From: Octopus vulgaris
Taxonomy: Eukaryota
DNA: 64,000 nt
Reading direction: 5' to 3'
Assembly: GCA_951406725.2 (NCBI GenBank)
Contig: OX597820.1
Location: 14,384,001 to 14,448,000 of the forward strand
In this document: positions 50,939 through 64,000 of the stretch, in pieces
Numbering within the stretch: the stretch's first letter is position 1
Layout of the letters: every line of letters begins with the position of its first letter
The notes under the pieces: generated by a model
Seen by the model: only the letters and a program-made list of their open reading frames with translations
Database searches by the model: none
Told to the model about the DNA's origin: nothing
Program-made: the position numbers and the translations under genes

Positions 50939-53900
50939 TATATTTAACCTGTAAAACTTAGTGTATATTAGAGGGGATTGTGAATGTAAATAACTATTTT
51001 TGTGATGAGAAGTTGTGTGTATGAATTTATTGAAACTTACATCAACTGAAACTAATTATCTTCATAATAATTCTGTTCTTGCAATATCATGTTATAATCT
51101 AGCCATAATTCGTTTCTCGAGTCTAATAATACACAGTCAGAAACAAAGATTAAATCAACTCAAAGTAGCCTAAAGTTTGTTTGCTTAATTTTGTGCAATA
51201 CTTACAGCAGACTGGAAGGTTCTGTGTGATAGTGTAGTATCACAATAATCACTATGTGCAATACAACACAGTTTATGTTGCCTGGCCAACCTTCGTTTAT
51301 ATTTCAGTGATTAGGTATCTTCTGCTTCATATTTTCCATTATGGCTTCAAGGGAGAGTAATAATCAATGCAGGGGATGGGGTGGGTTAAACAGGTGCCCC
51401 CCCCCCCATCCTCTGTGAAATAGAAAATAGAACTGGAACTTCTAAAGAAGTCAGAAGATTGCTTCAGTGTTGAGACTTTCTGAAGGGTATGCAGTCGAAA
51501 AGCAAACAGCATTTGGACATATGCAAAGATTATGAAAGAGTTACTGAATTTTCTTTGATGCAATGTTGAAATCCTTATCTGTTGGTGCCAAAACATATAA
51601 AACATTAGGAGGCAGTGTTGAAGCTGTTTGCCCATCAACAACCCTGTAATAACATTGTTGGATAGAAATTCACAGTAGTAGTAGCAGTAGTGGTGGTAGT
51701 GTTTGTATTAGAATTGTAGTGGTAGTGGTGGCAGTAGTAGTAGTAATAGTAGTATGAGGACCTGTGCTGTGACATTTATTGGTGATTACCTTGCCAGTGG
51801 CATGTAAAAGCACTCCGGTGTCATGTAAAAGAAATTACCATGCCAGTGGCACGTAAAAGCACCTCAGTGTCATGCAAATGGCACCAATGCCGGTGGCACC
51901 CAACCTTTATTGGTGATTTTCTGCTCCTGGCTGATGGACACCTTTGCACCATTCAGGTGACACCCTTCCAACCCATGGGTCTGTTTGAGTAGTCGTTATT
52001 GGTTAGGGTTTTACAAGGTCAGAGTGCAAATCCTACCTCAACTTCTTTTAGTTGTCTTTTTATGATATGCAAAGGAAACACTGGATCTGTGCTTTGACAT
52101 GTCAGACCCCACACAATACTTGAATGATGTTAAATGAAGTGTTTTGCTCAAGGACACAAGACACTACCTGGTCTGGGAATTGAGCCCACGATCTGGCACT
52201 CATGAGTGCAACACCCTGACCACCAAGCTACATGCCTTCATGATCCAGAGTGCTGTTGCCAAACTAGTTTATTGTATGGACATGGAAAATTTCAAAAAGT
52301 AGTTCCAGATGGTTATGGAGATTTAGAAATTACCATGCCAGTGGCACATAAAAGCACCCCAGTGTCATGCAAATGGCACTCATGCCAGTGGCACGTAAAA
52401 ACACCCATTACACTCTGAGTGGTTGGCATTAGGAAGGGCATCCAGCCATAGAAAAAAACCATACCAAATCAGACTGGAGTCTGGTGCAGCCTTCCAGCTT
52501 GCCAGCCCGGTCAAACTGTCCAACACATGCCTGCATGGACAATGGACCCGAAATGATGATGATGATGATATGACTAATGATATTAGCCATGATGGAGCAG
52601 GCAGCAAACCTCAAAGAGTTAAAACCTCTCAAAGAGGGGTTAAATAACTAAAATGTAAAGTGCTTGAAATGTCCTAATTACATAATGAGAATGAAATTGT
52701 ATTAGCTGTCATTATCTCAGAATGCCCAGACCTTCATAATTAATCATAAATTATGGAATGTTTTTTTTTGGTATTGTGGTTATGGTACAAGTGTGGCTAT
52801 GTAGTGAACAAACTTCCTTTCTTAGGTTTGATCTCTCTGTGCAGAACCTTGGGCAAGTGAGTTCTACTATAGCCCAGGACTGACCAAAAACCTTGTGAGT
52901 GGATTTAGTAGATGGAAACTGAAAGAAGACTGTCTTGTGTGTATGTGTGTGCCCTTGTCTTGATGTCTTGTGAAAGTTGCAAACAAGTGTCACTGTCATG
53001 TGGGTTGTGTCCTTCCTTTCCAATCTGCCATGAAAACATGTCTGGCCATGGAGGCAATATTACTTGGCTTGGGAACAGGTGAGGGTTGGCAGCAGGAAGG
53101 GCATCCAGCTTCAACAAATTCTGTCCAATCCATGCAAATCAGGGAAAGCTAAACATTAAAATGATGATGATTTGCATATGATATATGTTCTGTTTGTATC
53201 CATACATCGTTTGTCGTAGATACATTTTATATCATCATCTTTGAGTTATAATGCTTGTGAGTTGCTTTTGTGTCTGGTTTTATGCTGTTTGAATTGAATC
53301 TTACTCCTTCCTTCAATCTATATTTCCCTTGTTGGCGAAGGTATGTAGCTGAGTGGTTAGGGTTTTGGCTCATGATCATAAGGTTGTGAGTTCAATTCCT
53401 GGTGACTTATTGTGTCCTTTATTTCATGTTACTCCAGTCCACTCAGCTGGCAAAAATGAGTTGCACCTGTATCTGAAAGGGCCAGCCTTGTCACATTCTG
53501 TGCCATGCTGAGCACTAGTGTAGCTATAGTGTGTTCTGCCTGGGGTGGCCTTTCCATTTGCTTCCCTCGGACTCCACAAAAAACACATATTACCTACAAT
53601 AGGATGAAAAGTGTTGCCCCTTTAAAAGTGCCCACCCCCACGGGTGGACCACTCCTACCCCCAGCTACGCTAATGATGCTGAATCTCCTTTGAGGTTGCG
53701 TGCATCTGTGGAGTACTCAGCTACTTGCACATTAATTTCACAATCTGGCCGTTTTGTTGATTGGATCAACTGGAACCCTCGTCTTCATAACTATAATAGT
53801 ACCAATTATTTCCTTCGCTACTGTAGTGTTTTCTTGGAATTTTGTCATTCTATTTGTAGGGTAGGTGTGGGAGACTGGATCTGGTCAGTTTGAATATAAA

Positions 53901-54239
53901 ACAGAATATTTTGGTCTGATATGGCTAAAGGGTTAAGGCTCTTGGATATTGTTAATATTGCAACACCTCAGCTTCAGTTACCAAACCTATGTACAAATTA
54001 GCGTTATCTAGGGAAGCTTGTATAGAATGGACCCATGGTGGAGAGCTCAGTACCTTGCTCAGCTTGGATCCTATCTAGACTAGCCACTGTATTCTGTATA
54101 GATCTAACACAAGGACTGACTGTACACCTATTCATTTCTTATTTTAATTCCATTTCAAAGCTCATCGTTCAATTATAACTCGGCTTTGTATTTTTGTTTC
54201 CTTGTAAAAAGTAAGGAACATTTTAGGAATGCTTACCAA

Positions 54240-56365
54240 ATTTTATCTTTTTATCTTTTACTTGTTTCAGTTATTGGACTGCAGCCATGCTCAAAGACTG
54301 CTCAGTCAAACAAATTGACCCAGTACTTTTTTTTTTTATTTTAAAAAAATCTGGTGCTTATATTTCTGATTTATTTTTTTGGTGAACCGTCAAGTTATGG
54401 GGACATAAACCAACAAACAGTCGTCAAGTGGTAGTGGGGACAAAAGCTTTCATGCACACACACACGACTGCATGTATATATACACACACACACACAAACG
54501 ACTGCATGCATACGTATTACACACACATGAATACATACGCACACACACACATGAATGCATACATACACATGCACACATGAACGCATACATATGCACATGC
54601 ATATGAACGCATACACACATACGCATGCACATGAATGCATACATACACACATCAATGCACACACACAATGACATCCACACAGTTTCTGTCTAATAAATTC
54701 ACTCACAAGGCATTGGTCAACCCAGGGCTATAACAGAAGGCATTTCCACCAAGGTGTGCCACACAATGGGACTGAACTCAAAACCATGTAGTTTGCAAAC
54801 GAAGCTTTTCACCAACACGGCCATGTCTGCACCTTTGTGTATTTATTATGTTAAATGATTTTACAGATTCTGTAAGAAAATTTAAAACTATGAGAATATC
54901 ATGAAAATAAATGAAGAATTACATTTTAGAATGGAGACCACCCGAATAGTTTAAGAAATAGAAATTGTTTAGAGGCGCCTGAGAGTTTGCCAATTGTTTG
55001 CCCCTCTCCCCCCTCTTCACCATTTTTTGTTTTCATTTTAATAAATCAACATATTTGTGTTGTATAATCACAATATTAAGCAATGCATTTGTTAATATAA
55101 TTGCCCCCAATGAAGAAGTCTTGTGAGTGAGTGAATTTGGTAGATGGAAACTGAAAGAAGCCTCTCATAGAGGCACAGATGTGGCTGTGTGGTAAGGAGC
55201 TTGCTTCACAACCACATGGTTCTGGGTTCAGTACCACTGTATAGATCCTTGGGCAAGTGTCTTCTACTATAACCTCGGACTGACCAAAGCCTTGTGAGTG
55301 GACCTGGTAGACGGAAACTGAAAGAAGCCTGTCATATAGGCACAGATGAGGCTGTGTGGTAAGAAGCTTGCTTCCCAACCACATGGTTCTGGCTTCAGTC
55401 CCACTGTGTGGTACCTTGGGCAAGTGTCTTCTACTGTAGCCTTGGGCTGACCAAAGCCTTGTGAGTGGATCTAGCAGACGGAAACTGAAAGAAGCCTGTC
55501 ATATAAGAAATTGAAAGAAGCCCAAAGTGTGTGCGTGTTTATGTCTGTTTACCCCTTACCACTGCTTAACAACCAGTGTTGGAGTGTTTATTTCTCCATA
55601 ACTTAGCAGTTCAGTGAAAAAAATCAATAAAATATGTACCAGGCTTTAAAAAAATAAAAGTGCTGAGGTTGATTTGTTCAACTAAAACCCTTCAAGCATG
55701 ATCGCAGTCTGATGACTGATATAAACAATATGCATGTGTGTGTATATATATGTATATATGTGTCTACACTTGTCTAGACATCACATGATAGTTGTCGTAA
55801 ATGAGCCTCATAGTCATATAAGCGAGGTTGTTTTGTTTCCAGTCTTTCGTGAAAACTGGTCTATAGGGGAATATTACCTTGTATGGAAACAGGCGAGGAC
55901 TGACAGCAAGAAAGGAGTCCCCACTGGGCATCAGTTAACAAGGAGCTATTGTAGAAGACACTTGATGTAGACACCAATCAGTAGGTCTGACCCCCAAAGA
56001 TCACAAAGTTGTCAAACAAACTTCTTAACCACAAAGCCATGCCTGTGGTCAGAAAAGTATGGAGTGCTTCACAGATTTGGGTGTTGTTGCACAGGTCCCT
56101 GCTAATCTCCTCCGTATCACTGGAAGATGTAGCCATGCGGGCTACAAGAGTGTCATGATAGCTTCCACCTATACGGCATTTACCATGTGTTTTTGTGAGT
56201 GATGAATCTGGGGGTAGTAGCAGGATTTCAATGTTGTAGATGTATGTAACACTCTCAACTGCCACAACGAAAAACCAATGGCCTGTTTATAATTTCAAAA
56301 GGATCCTATCTGTATGTGTGTGTTTCTCTCCCCCTCTTTCTTTATATGTTTCTGTGTGTGTGTGT

Positions 56366-56422
<57 letters not shown>

Positions 56423-56609
56423 TATAATCTTTTACTCTGAATGCTGCCATGCTGGAGCACCGCCTTTAGTCGAAGAAATCGACCCCATGATTTGTTCTTT
56501 GTAAGCCTAGTACTTAGTCTATCGGTCTCTTTGCCGAACCGCTAAGTTACAGGGACGTAAACACACCAGCATCGGTTGTCAAGCGATGTTGGGGGACAAA
56601 TACATACAA

Positions 56610-56663
<54 letters not shown>

Positions 56664-56800
56664 CCAGGCTTCTTTCAGTTTCCGTCTACCAAATCCACTC
56701 ACAAGGCTTTGGTCGGCCCGAGGCTATAGTAGAAGACACTTGCCCAAGATGCCATGCAGTGGGACTGAACCCAGAACCATGTGGTTGGTAAGCAAGCTTA
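54240..56800. mobile_element. Cluster of family-1 SINEs (minus 54240-54833; plus 55100-55720 with ~168-bp head duplication; minus 56443-56800)
   Basis: Repeated ggcacagatg.ggctgtgtggtaag...gaaagaagcct units. Confidence 0.85.
56050..56270 (-). pseudogene. Possible pogo/Tigger DDE transposase remnant
   Basis: NIEILLLPPDSS resembles the pogo NI.+.FLPPNTT motif; the rest is very degenerate. Confidence 0.3.
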
Positions 56801-57059
56801 CCAAGCTTACCTCATTAGCCTACGCTAAATAATAAAGAGCTCCTGATAAATATATTCAAACTGGTCAGATCTGACCTCTCACACCCACCCTATAATGTCA
56901 TTGTAAAAATAAACAATCATATCATCGGTCATCGAAATCTCAAGGTTATGAGATAATTGCATGATTAATTCGAAACTAAATAAATAAGCATTACATTTGG
57001 CAGAATTAACTGATTGCTAAAGGGTTAAAAATTAAACAGCTTTTCTCGCTTCCTTGTGG

Positions 57060-59000
57060 GAATTATCGACTCTACAGGATCTCATGCTAGATCTTACACC
57101 AGTTTCACTGCTGAGTAGTATGTGATTGTGCATTGGTCTGTTGGAGTGAGGCAGTGGTTTTCTGGTTTAATAGGCGCAGAAACTCTCACTGTTTGCTAGA
57201 GAATTAGGTTTTGAGATGAGAAAGAGATCAAATGTTTTGGAATGCCTGTCGACTGGTAATGTGAGTAGGGCATGAAATGAACTGGTGTAAAGAGCTGAAA
57301 ATAGGAAAACATCAGTAAAGAAATGATTTCATTTGTGTATTTTTTCTTCCCTTTTCCTTGCTGATTCAGATGGAAGAGGCAGTGGTTACCTTTGACCTTT
57401 ACAGGCTCTTTGGGGTCTGATGAGTTCCATACTGCTTATGTTCTGTTTGTAACTGTGGAAGGTCAACACCTGTGGCAAAGATATGAGCTGGGAGAAAATA
57501 TCAGAGAGCCCTATGTTCTAAGGATGAAGGGCCTAGACATTGTATTTTAGTTTGGGGCTGGTGGGGAAGACATAAAAGTGATGAGAGATGAAGAGATGAG
57601 TGAGTTGGGAGCGCCTAACTACAAGAGATGCAAGACGAGACAGCATACCCGTGGCCCAGAGGCATTCTTAGTGATTTAAGGGCAACCAGTCTAGTATGCC
57701 TATGTGCATAGCAGCAACAGTGGTCCCTTATGTGGGACCTCATTCAGCTTTGTAGAGTGTCATTGATTGTTGGGAACTGAAATGTTTTCTGGCCCTAAAG
57801 AGAAGAACCGGTCTTTAGGATGTGGTCCTATCTTTGGTTACTGCTTTTATGGCAACCTGTTCGAGACTGCTCCTTCTAATCACACCTGCCTACTAGAGAC
57901 TGCCTCTTCTATCATACCAATTTCTTTACTACCCACAAGGGGCTAAACACAGAGAGGACAAACAAGGACAGACAGACGGATTAAGTCGATTATATCGACC
58001 CCAGTGCGTAACTGGTACTTATTTAATCGACCCCGAAAGGATGATATCCCAATTTTTATCATATCAGTCTGCTAGAGACGGCCCCTTCAATGCTACCAAC
58101 CTGTCAGAGACCGCCCCTTCTGTTCTACCAACCTGTCAGAGACCGCCCCCTCTGTTCTACCAACCTGCCAGAGACCACCCCTTCTGTGCTACCAACTTGT
58201 CAGAGACCGTCCCTTCTGTGCTATTAACCTGTCAGAGACCCTCTCCCCTTCTGTGCTACCAACATTCAGAGACCCCTTTCCTGTTGTGAGGTAAATAAAT
58301 GAAACCTATAAAAACTTCAAAGTTGGTGACCGTTCTTTTAACAAGAAACCAGAGGGATTGTTTGCAGTTTGAGGGCCGGTGTGATGCATAGATATATCAT
58401 TCGGGAACCAGATCTTACGATAGATCTTATATCAGTTTTACTGCTGAGTGAACGCCACCCAGTTTTGGGTAGTGGGGTATTTTTTTTTTTGCCCGAACAG
58501 CTGTAGCATAACTATGAGTAAACCACTTGGAGGGCCATAAGACTTTATTATTATTGCGAGGGTGATGTGGAGAGACTTGCCTAAAAGGATGGGTTTAGTT
58601 ACCTACCCAGCTGTTTCTGGTCGGCTGGGGGTGAAGCACACATCTGCTGCTAGGGATTGGTGGAACTCTGATCAGTCAGCTGACTTGAAGTGCCATAAGG
58701 TCCGTGGCGTGTGTATGTAGAGGGAGGGGATCTCTGTAGTATGTGATTGTGCATTTGGTCTGTTGCAGTGAGGTAGTGGTTTTCTGGTTTAACAGGCGCA
58801 GAAACTGTCACTGTGTGATAGAGAATTAGGTTTTGAGGTGAGAAAGAGATCAAATGTTTTGGAATGCCTGTCGACTGGGAATGTGAGTAGGGCATGAAAT
58901 GAATTGGTGTAAAGAGCTGAAAATAGGAAAACATCAGCTTTAGCACCGGCAGTATTGGTGTGAGTATTCAAGTCACAGACGATGAAGACACCGAAGAGAG
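57060..59000 (-). mobile_element. Old fragmented LINE ORF2 (CR1/Jockey-like) with duplicated ~200-bp segment
   Basis: LLFRARKHFSSQQSMTLYKA at ~57750-57810; RTLWHFKSAD at ~58675-58705; 57115-57315 matches 58738-58937. Confidence 0.55.
58070..58280. repeat. 32-bp minisatellite, ~6.5 copies
   Basis: Unit ctaccaacctgtcagagaccgccccttctgt(t/g); diverged units continue at 57855-57920 across a SINE insertion. Confidence 0.9.
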
Positions 59001-59599
59001 CAGTGGTGAGATGTCCTTCCGAGAGAACGTCTACAAGTCTAATGTATTAAAATTTTTTTTTATGCTCCTGTAGTGGGATAGTCACTTTCTGTAGTACAAA
59101 AGCCTTTGAAATTAATTGTATATTTGCAGCATTTTGCATCCGCTACTCACATTCCTTTTGTTTCCAGTTCCCTTGCTTCTCTCATTCCTCTTTCAAATTA
59201 GTTTATAGCCTGGTCCTTATCGGTTCCATTTTCTTGTTTACGCAATGCTGTACGACTGGAAGGAAGTCCAGATGGAAAATAAATTACACTTCGTGGACAA
59301 TATTCAATCATTGTTGTTTAGCCCGAGGTTTGTCTCGACCAGTGCTGTTTTATGATAAACAGTGCTTAAGTAGTGACCTTCTAATCATTTTGTTTTTCCG
59401 ACTGTGTTGTTCGCATTTTATACCATTGTTTCTCATGGCGCATGCGTGGCTGTGTGGTGAGAAGTTTGCTTCCCAATCACGCGGTTTTGAGTTCAGTCCC
59501 ACTGCGTGGCACCTTGGGCAAATGTCTTTTACCGACCACTGCCCTGTGAGTGGAGCTGATAGACGGAAGATAGTGAAGCCCAACGTGTGTGTGTGTATG

Positions 59600-59719
<120 letters not shown>

Positions 59720-59834
59720 GGAAATGTCTTTGGTAGAAGGAATTCTGTGTGATCATGTATGTTCTTCTCATACATAGCATATAGCTCAGCTGATTCTGTG
59801 AGGGAGTAGGGGGATCTATCTCACTATTCGAATG

Positions 59835-60130
59835 GTTTGTTTTTCCTTCTCGAGCCACGCCTGGATCATAGAGCCTGTTTCTCGGTTTCCTTGGCGTATA
59901 GGTTCCCCCACCTGGACGGGATGCCGGTCCATCGCAGGTGAGCTGCAAGATGCAGGAGGAAAGAGTGAGAGAAATTTGTTGCGAAAAAGTCAGCAGAAGT
60001 TCGCCATTACCTTCTGCCGGAGCCGCGTGGAGCTTAGGTGTTTCGCTCATAAACACACATCGCCCGGCCTGAGATTCGAACCCGCGATCCCTCGACCGCT
60101 GCTCTAACCACTAGGCCATATGCCTCCACT
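59835..60130 (-). mobile_element. SINE family 4 copy
   Basis: Reverse-complement homologue of 5285-5585 with an intact B box GGTTCGAATC. Confidence 0.85.
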
Positions 60131-60857
60131 GTTCGAATGGTACTTTATTTATCTCCGAGGTTTGAAGGGCAAAATTTACCTTCCTTAATAATGGTTTCAA
60201 ATTTTGGCACAGAGCCAGCAGTTTTTGAAGGGAAGAGGAAGTCGGTTACATCGACTCTAGTACCTGACAAGTACATATTTTTATCACAGCGGAATTTGAA
60301 ATACTTAAGGCATCTAGTCGGTAAATGCCGCGAAGCATTTTGCCCGGCGTGTTAATGGTCCTGCCAGCTCGCTGTCTTAATAATAATAATGGTTCCAGAT
60401 TTTTGCACATGGTCAGCAATTCCGAAGGTGGGGCTTCGTCAATTGTATTAACCCAGTGTTCAACTGGTACTTGTCTTAGCGATCCCAAAAGGCTGAAAGG
60501 CAAAGTTGACCTCGGCGGAATTTGGACTCAGAACGTAAAGGGCTAGAAGAACTACCGCTAAGCACTTTGTCCGACTCACTAAGCCTCTGCCAAATCACTG
60601 CTTTAACAATTACCAGGAGCATATACTTTGTGAGATGGGTCTTGTTGATTGTCTGTTATTTTATTTTATCAATCTCTTCTCCGAAAAGAAAAACACAAAA
60701 TGCAAAAACAAAGACAACCACGGCTCAAATTGAACTCTGGCCTAAATACCACTTCTTGTTGCGATGGTGGTGGTAGTGGTGATGATGATGAATTTAAATT
60801 TAAGCACAAGGCCAGCACATCTGAAAAGAAGGAGTAATTTGATTCTATAGAACCCAG

Positions 60858-61136
60858 GGCGGTGAGCTGGCAGAAATGTTAGCACGCCGAGTGTGAAATG
60901 ATTAGTGGTATTTCGTCTGTCGCTACGTTCTGAGTTCAAATTCCGCCGAGGTCGACTTTGCCTTTCATCCTTTCGGGGTCGATTAAATAAGTACCAGTTA
61001 CGCACTGGGGTCGATATAATAGATTTAATCCGTTTGTCTGTCCCTGTTTGTCCCCTCTGTATTTAGCCCCTTGTGGGTAGTAAATAAATAGGTATTTCGT
61101 CTGTCTCATGCTTTCGGGGTCGATAAATTAAGTACC
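60858..61136 (+). mobile_element. SINE family 2, full-length copy with partial 3' re-duplication
   Basis: ggcggtgagctggcagaaatgttagc...gccccttgtgggtagtaaataaatagg. Confidence 0.88.
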
Positions 61137-61782
61137 ACTCTCCAAAAATTCCGGTTTTTGTATCTAGAGTAGAAAAAATTCGATACTGGTACTTTACTTT
61201 TATCGATCCCGGACCCATGGAAAGCAAAATTGAAATTTGGAATGAATCGGTCCCAGTATTTAATTTTGTTCTTAAAGCCTAAATGTCGATCTGCCATGCT
61301 AACTGCACTATAAAGATGTATTTATGATTTGAGGGATATTTGGCTGTTATTTATTCTATTCAGTTGACTTTCGTAGAAGCCGCTCATGTTCTTAGGGGCA
61401 AGAATAAACGCCACAGCAATCCTTATTCTTTTTCTCATCATATAAAATCATTGTATCTTGTTAATAAAGAAGAAAATACTACAGAAAAAAACCCCCGATC
61501 TGTAATAATGATTTAAAAGTAAAAATAAGTGAGAAAATAAAAAGAAGAAAAGTTTCTACTTGGAGAAAATGAGACAATGAACAGAAATTAGAAGGGGAAA
61601 AAAAAGTGGGGGTGGATGAGGAGGAGGTGAAAGGAATAAGGAATGAATGGGAAAGTGTGTGTGTTTGCTGTTGGATTGATTCCACTTGATTCCGCCATGT
61701 CTGCCTCTAAGCTACGATCCTAAAGGTGAATAATACAGGAAGGAAATCAACGATCTTGCTTTTCTCCTCTTTTCTCACACGT

Positions 61783-61816
<34 letters not shown>

Positions 61817-62237
61817 ACGCACACGCGCGCGCGCCGCTTGCTGCTGCCGGATTATTTATTTATTTATTTATATATTTATTTATTATTCGCTTTGTTTTTT
61901 TTGTTTTAATATTTTTTCTTCCCCTTTTTTTTTTAGTTTTTGGTTTTATTTTTTCCCCGTTCTTCCAGATTTTTTTATTTATTTATTTTCATTTTTTTCC
62001 CCTCCTTCCCTTTTTTTCGCTCGCTTTAAGCTACACGAAAAAAGAAAAAAAGTTACATATATATATATATATTGTGTGTGTGTGATATAATGTGATATAA
62101 AATAAAAGGTAAAAATAGATAAATAAGAGAAGGAAAAAAAAAATATTTCCTTTTGATTGATACTGAGTAAAAATATACGAAATATACAAAGATGAAAGCG
62201 CTGAAACACTACACACACACATACACACACGTGTATA

Positions 62238-62280
<43 letters not shown>

Positions 62281-62329
62281 GTGTGTGTGTGTGTGTGTAT
62301 ACATATATATATATATATGTATATATATA

Positions 62330-62677
62330 TACGTGCGTGTGTGTATCAAATGCATGTATTTGTAGCGCGCGACGATATAAAGAGGGGGGGAGAAGGCATT
62401 CAAAAGAAATTTGCGGTTTCCGATTATTTAAGGATGTTTGTATAATTTTTTTCCTGTATTTTTTTCCTTTTAATTATATTTTTATCTTCCTTAACCCTCC
62501 CTCTTTTATCTTTTTTTTCTTCTTTCTTTTTAGTTCTATTTGTAAATCATCTTAAAATGTCGCTGTCATTTTTGTTGATATGCACACACACATATATATA
62601 CATATATATATATATATATAATGATAATATATGTATATATATATATGTATATATATATATGTTTATATGTATATATG

Positions 62678-62708
<31 letters not shown>

Positions 62709-62864
62709 GTATGTATATATATATGTATATATATATATGTGTATATATATATATATGTATATATATGTATATATGTGTATATATATATATGTATATATGT
62801 GTATATATATATATGTATATATGTGTATATATATATATGTATATATGTGTATATATATATATGT

Positions 62865-62896
<32 letters not shown>

Positions 62897-62929
62897 GTAT
62901 ATATGTATATGTATATGTATATATATATG

Positions 62930-62974
<45 letters not shown>

Positions 62975-63272
62975 ATGTATATGTATATATGTATATGTAT
63001 ATATGTATATATATGCACATATACGTGTGCGTGTGTGTATCAAATGCATGTATTTGTAGTGCGCGACGACGCAAAGAGGGGGGAGGCATTCAAAAGAAAT
63101 TTGCGGTTTCCGATTATTTAAGGATGTTTGTATAATTTTTTTTCCTGTATTTTTTTCCTTTTAATTCTTTTTTTTCTTCCTTAACCCTCCCTCTTTTATC
63201 TTTTTTTTCTTCTTTCTTTTTTAGTTCTATTTGTAAATCATCTTAAAATGTCGCTGTCATTTTTATGATATG

Positions 63273-63310
<38 letters not shown>

Positions 63311-63320
63311 GATAATAATA
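62330..63320. repeat. ~290-bp direct duplication (62330-62630 and 63022-63320) separated by (TATATG)n/(TA)n
   Basis: gtgtatcaaatgcatgtatttgtag...ttgcggtttccgattatttaagg...cttaaaatgtcgctgtcatt occurs twice with scattered differences. Confidence 0.9.
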
Positions 63321-63600
63321 ATGTCATACTTGGTATATATACGCTTTGACAAGTTATCACATATACGGATATATCCGTCCCCCGTCTCGCCTCCACCACC
63401 TTTTCTGTCCCCTTTCCCCGGCGCCCCATTGATCTCCTTTATATCTGCTTTTTAACTCCCTACTAAATACATATTTATTGTGCGTCTGGTTCGTGGTTTT
63501 GGCCATTCTGGGGCACGGCTATACATTCCAATCTCTCTTTTTTTTTTTTTCCCGTATGTAATATGTTCATATGTGTGGGATCAAACAGAAAAAGATCGTT

Positions 63601-63699
<99 letters not shown>

Positions 63700-63735
63700 G
63701 TGTATGTATATATGTGTGTATATGTGTATATATAT

Positions 63736-63767
<32 letters not shown>

Positions 63768-64000
63768 GTGTGTGTGTATATATATATGTGTGTGTATATG
63801 TGTATATATATATATGTGTGTGTATATGTATATATATGTGTGTATATGTATATATGTGTGTGTGTATATGTATATATATGTGTGTGTGTATACATACATA
63901 TATATGTATGTGTGTATACATACATATATATGTATGTGTGTGTATACATACATATATATGTATGTGTGTGTATACATACATATATATGTATGTGTGTGTA

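Overview
AT-rich, microsatellite-saturated animal genomic DNA. The repeat landscape (tRNA-derived SINE families with internal (TA)n/(TG)n tracts, RTE and CR1/L2 LINEs) looks like a coleoid cephalopod such as Octopus; this is inferred, not looked up. Only one intact host gene is recognisable: intronless SF3B5 (30242-30499, minus), within a CpG-retaining, TE-poor island (~29.3-33.1 kb) that also holds a probable divergent first exon. The rest is mostly mobile DNA: a young 5'-truncated CR1/L2-type LINE with an open RT frame, a mariner transposase split by a minisatellite grown out of its own coding sequence, two Helitrons, piggyBac-, pogo-, hAT- and mariner-type MITEs, four interspersed SINE/LINE-tail families, and a ~19-copy 100-bp array inside one retroelement tail. 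Most notable are minimal hammerhead-ribozyme motifs, including a tRNA-headed SINE-like element with a hammerhead in its body (two inverted copies, 10.9-11.4 kb), and a candidate spliced minus-strand small secreted-peptide gene at 21.0-21.4 kb. Nearly all ORFs in the supplied track are microsatellite or SINE artefacts. Repeat boundaries were read by eye and are approximate.
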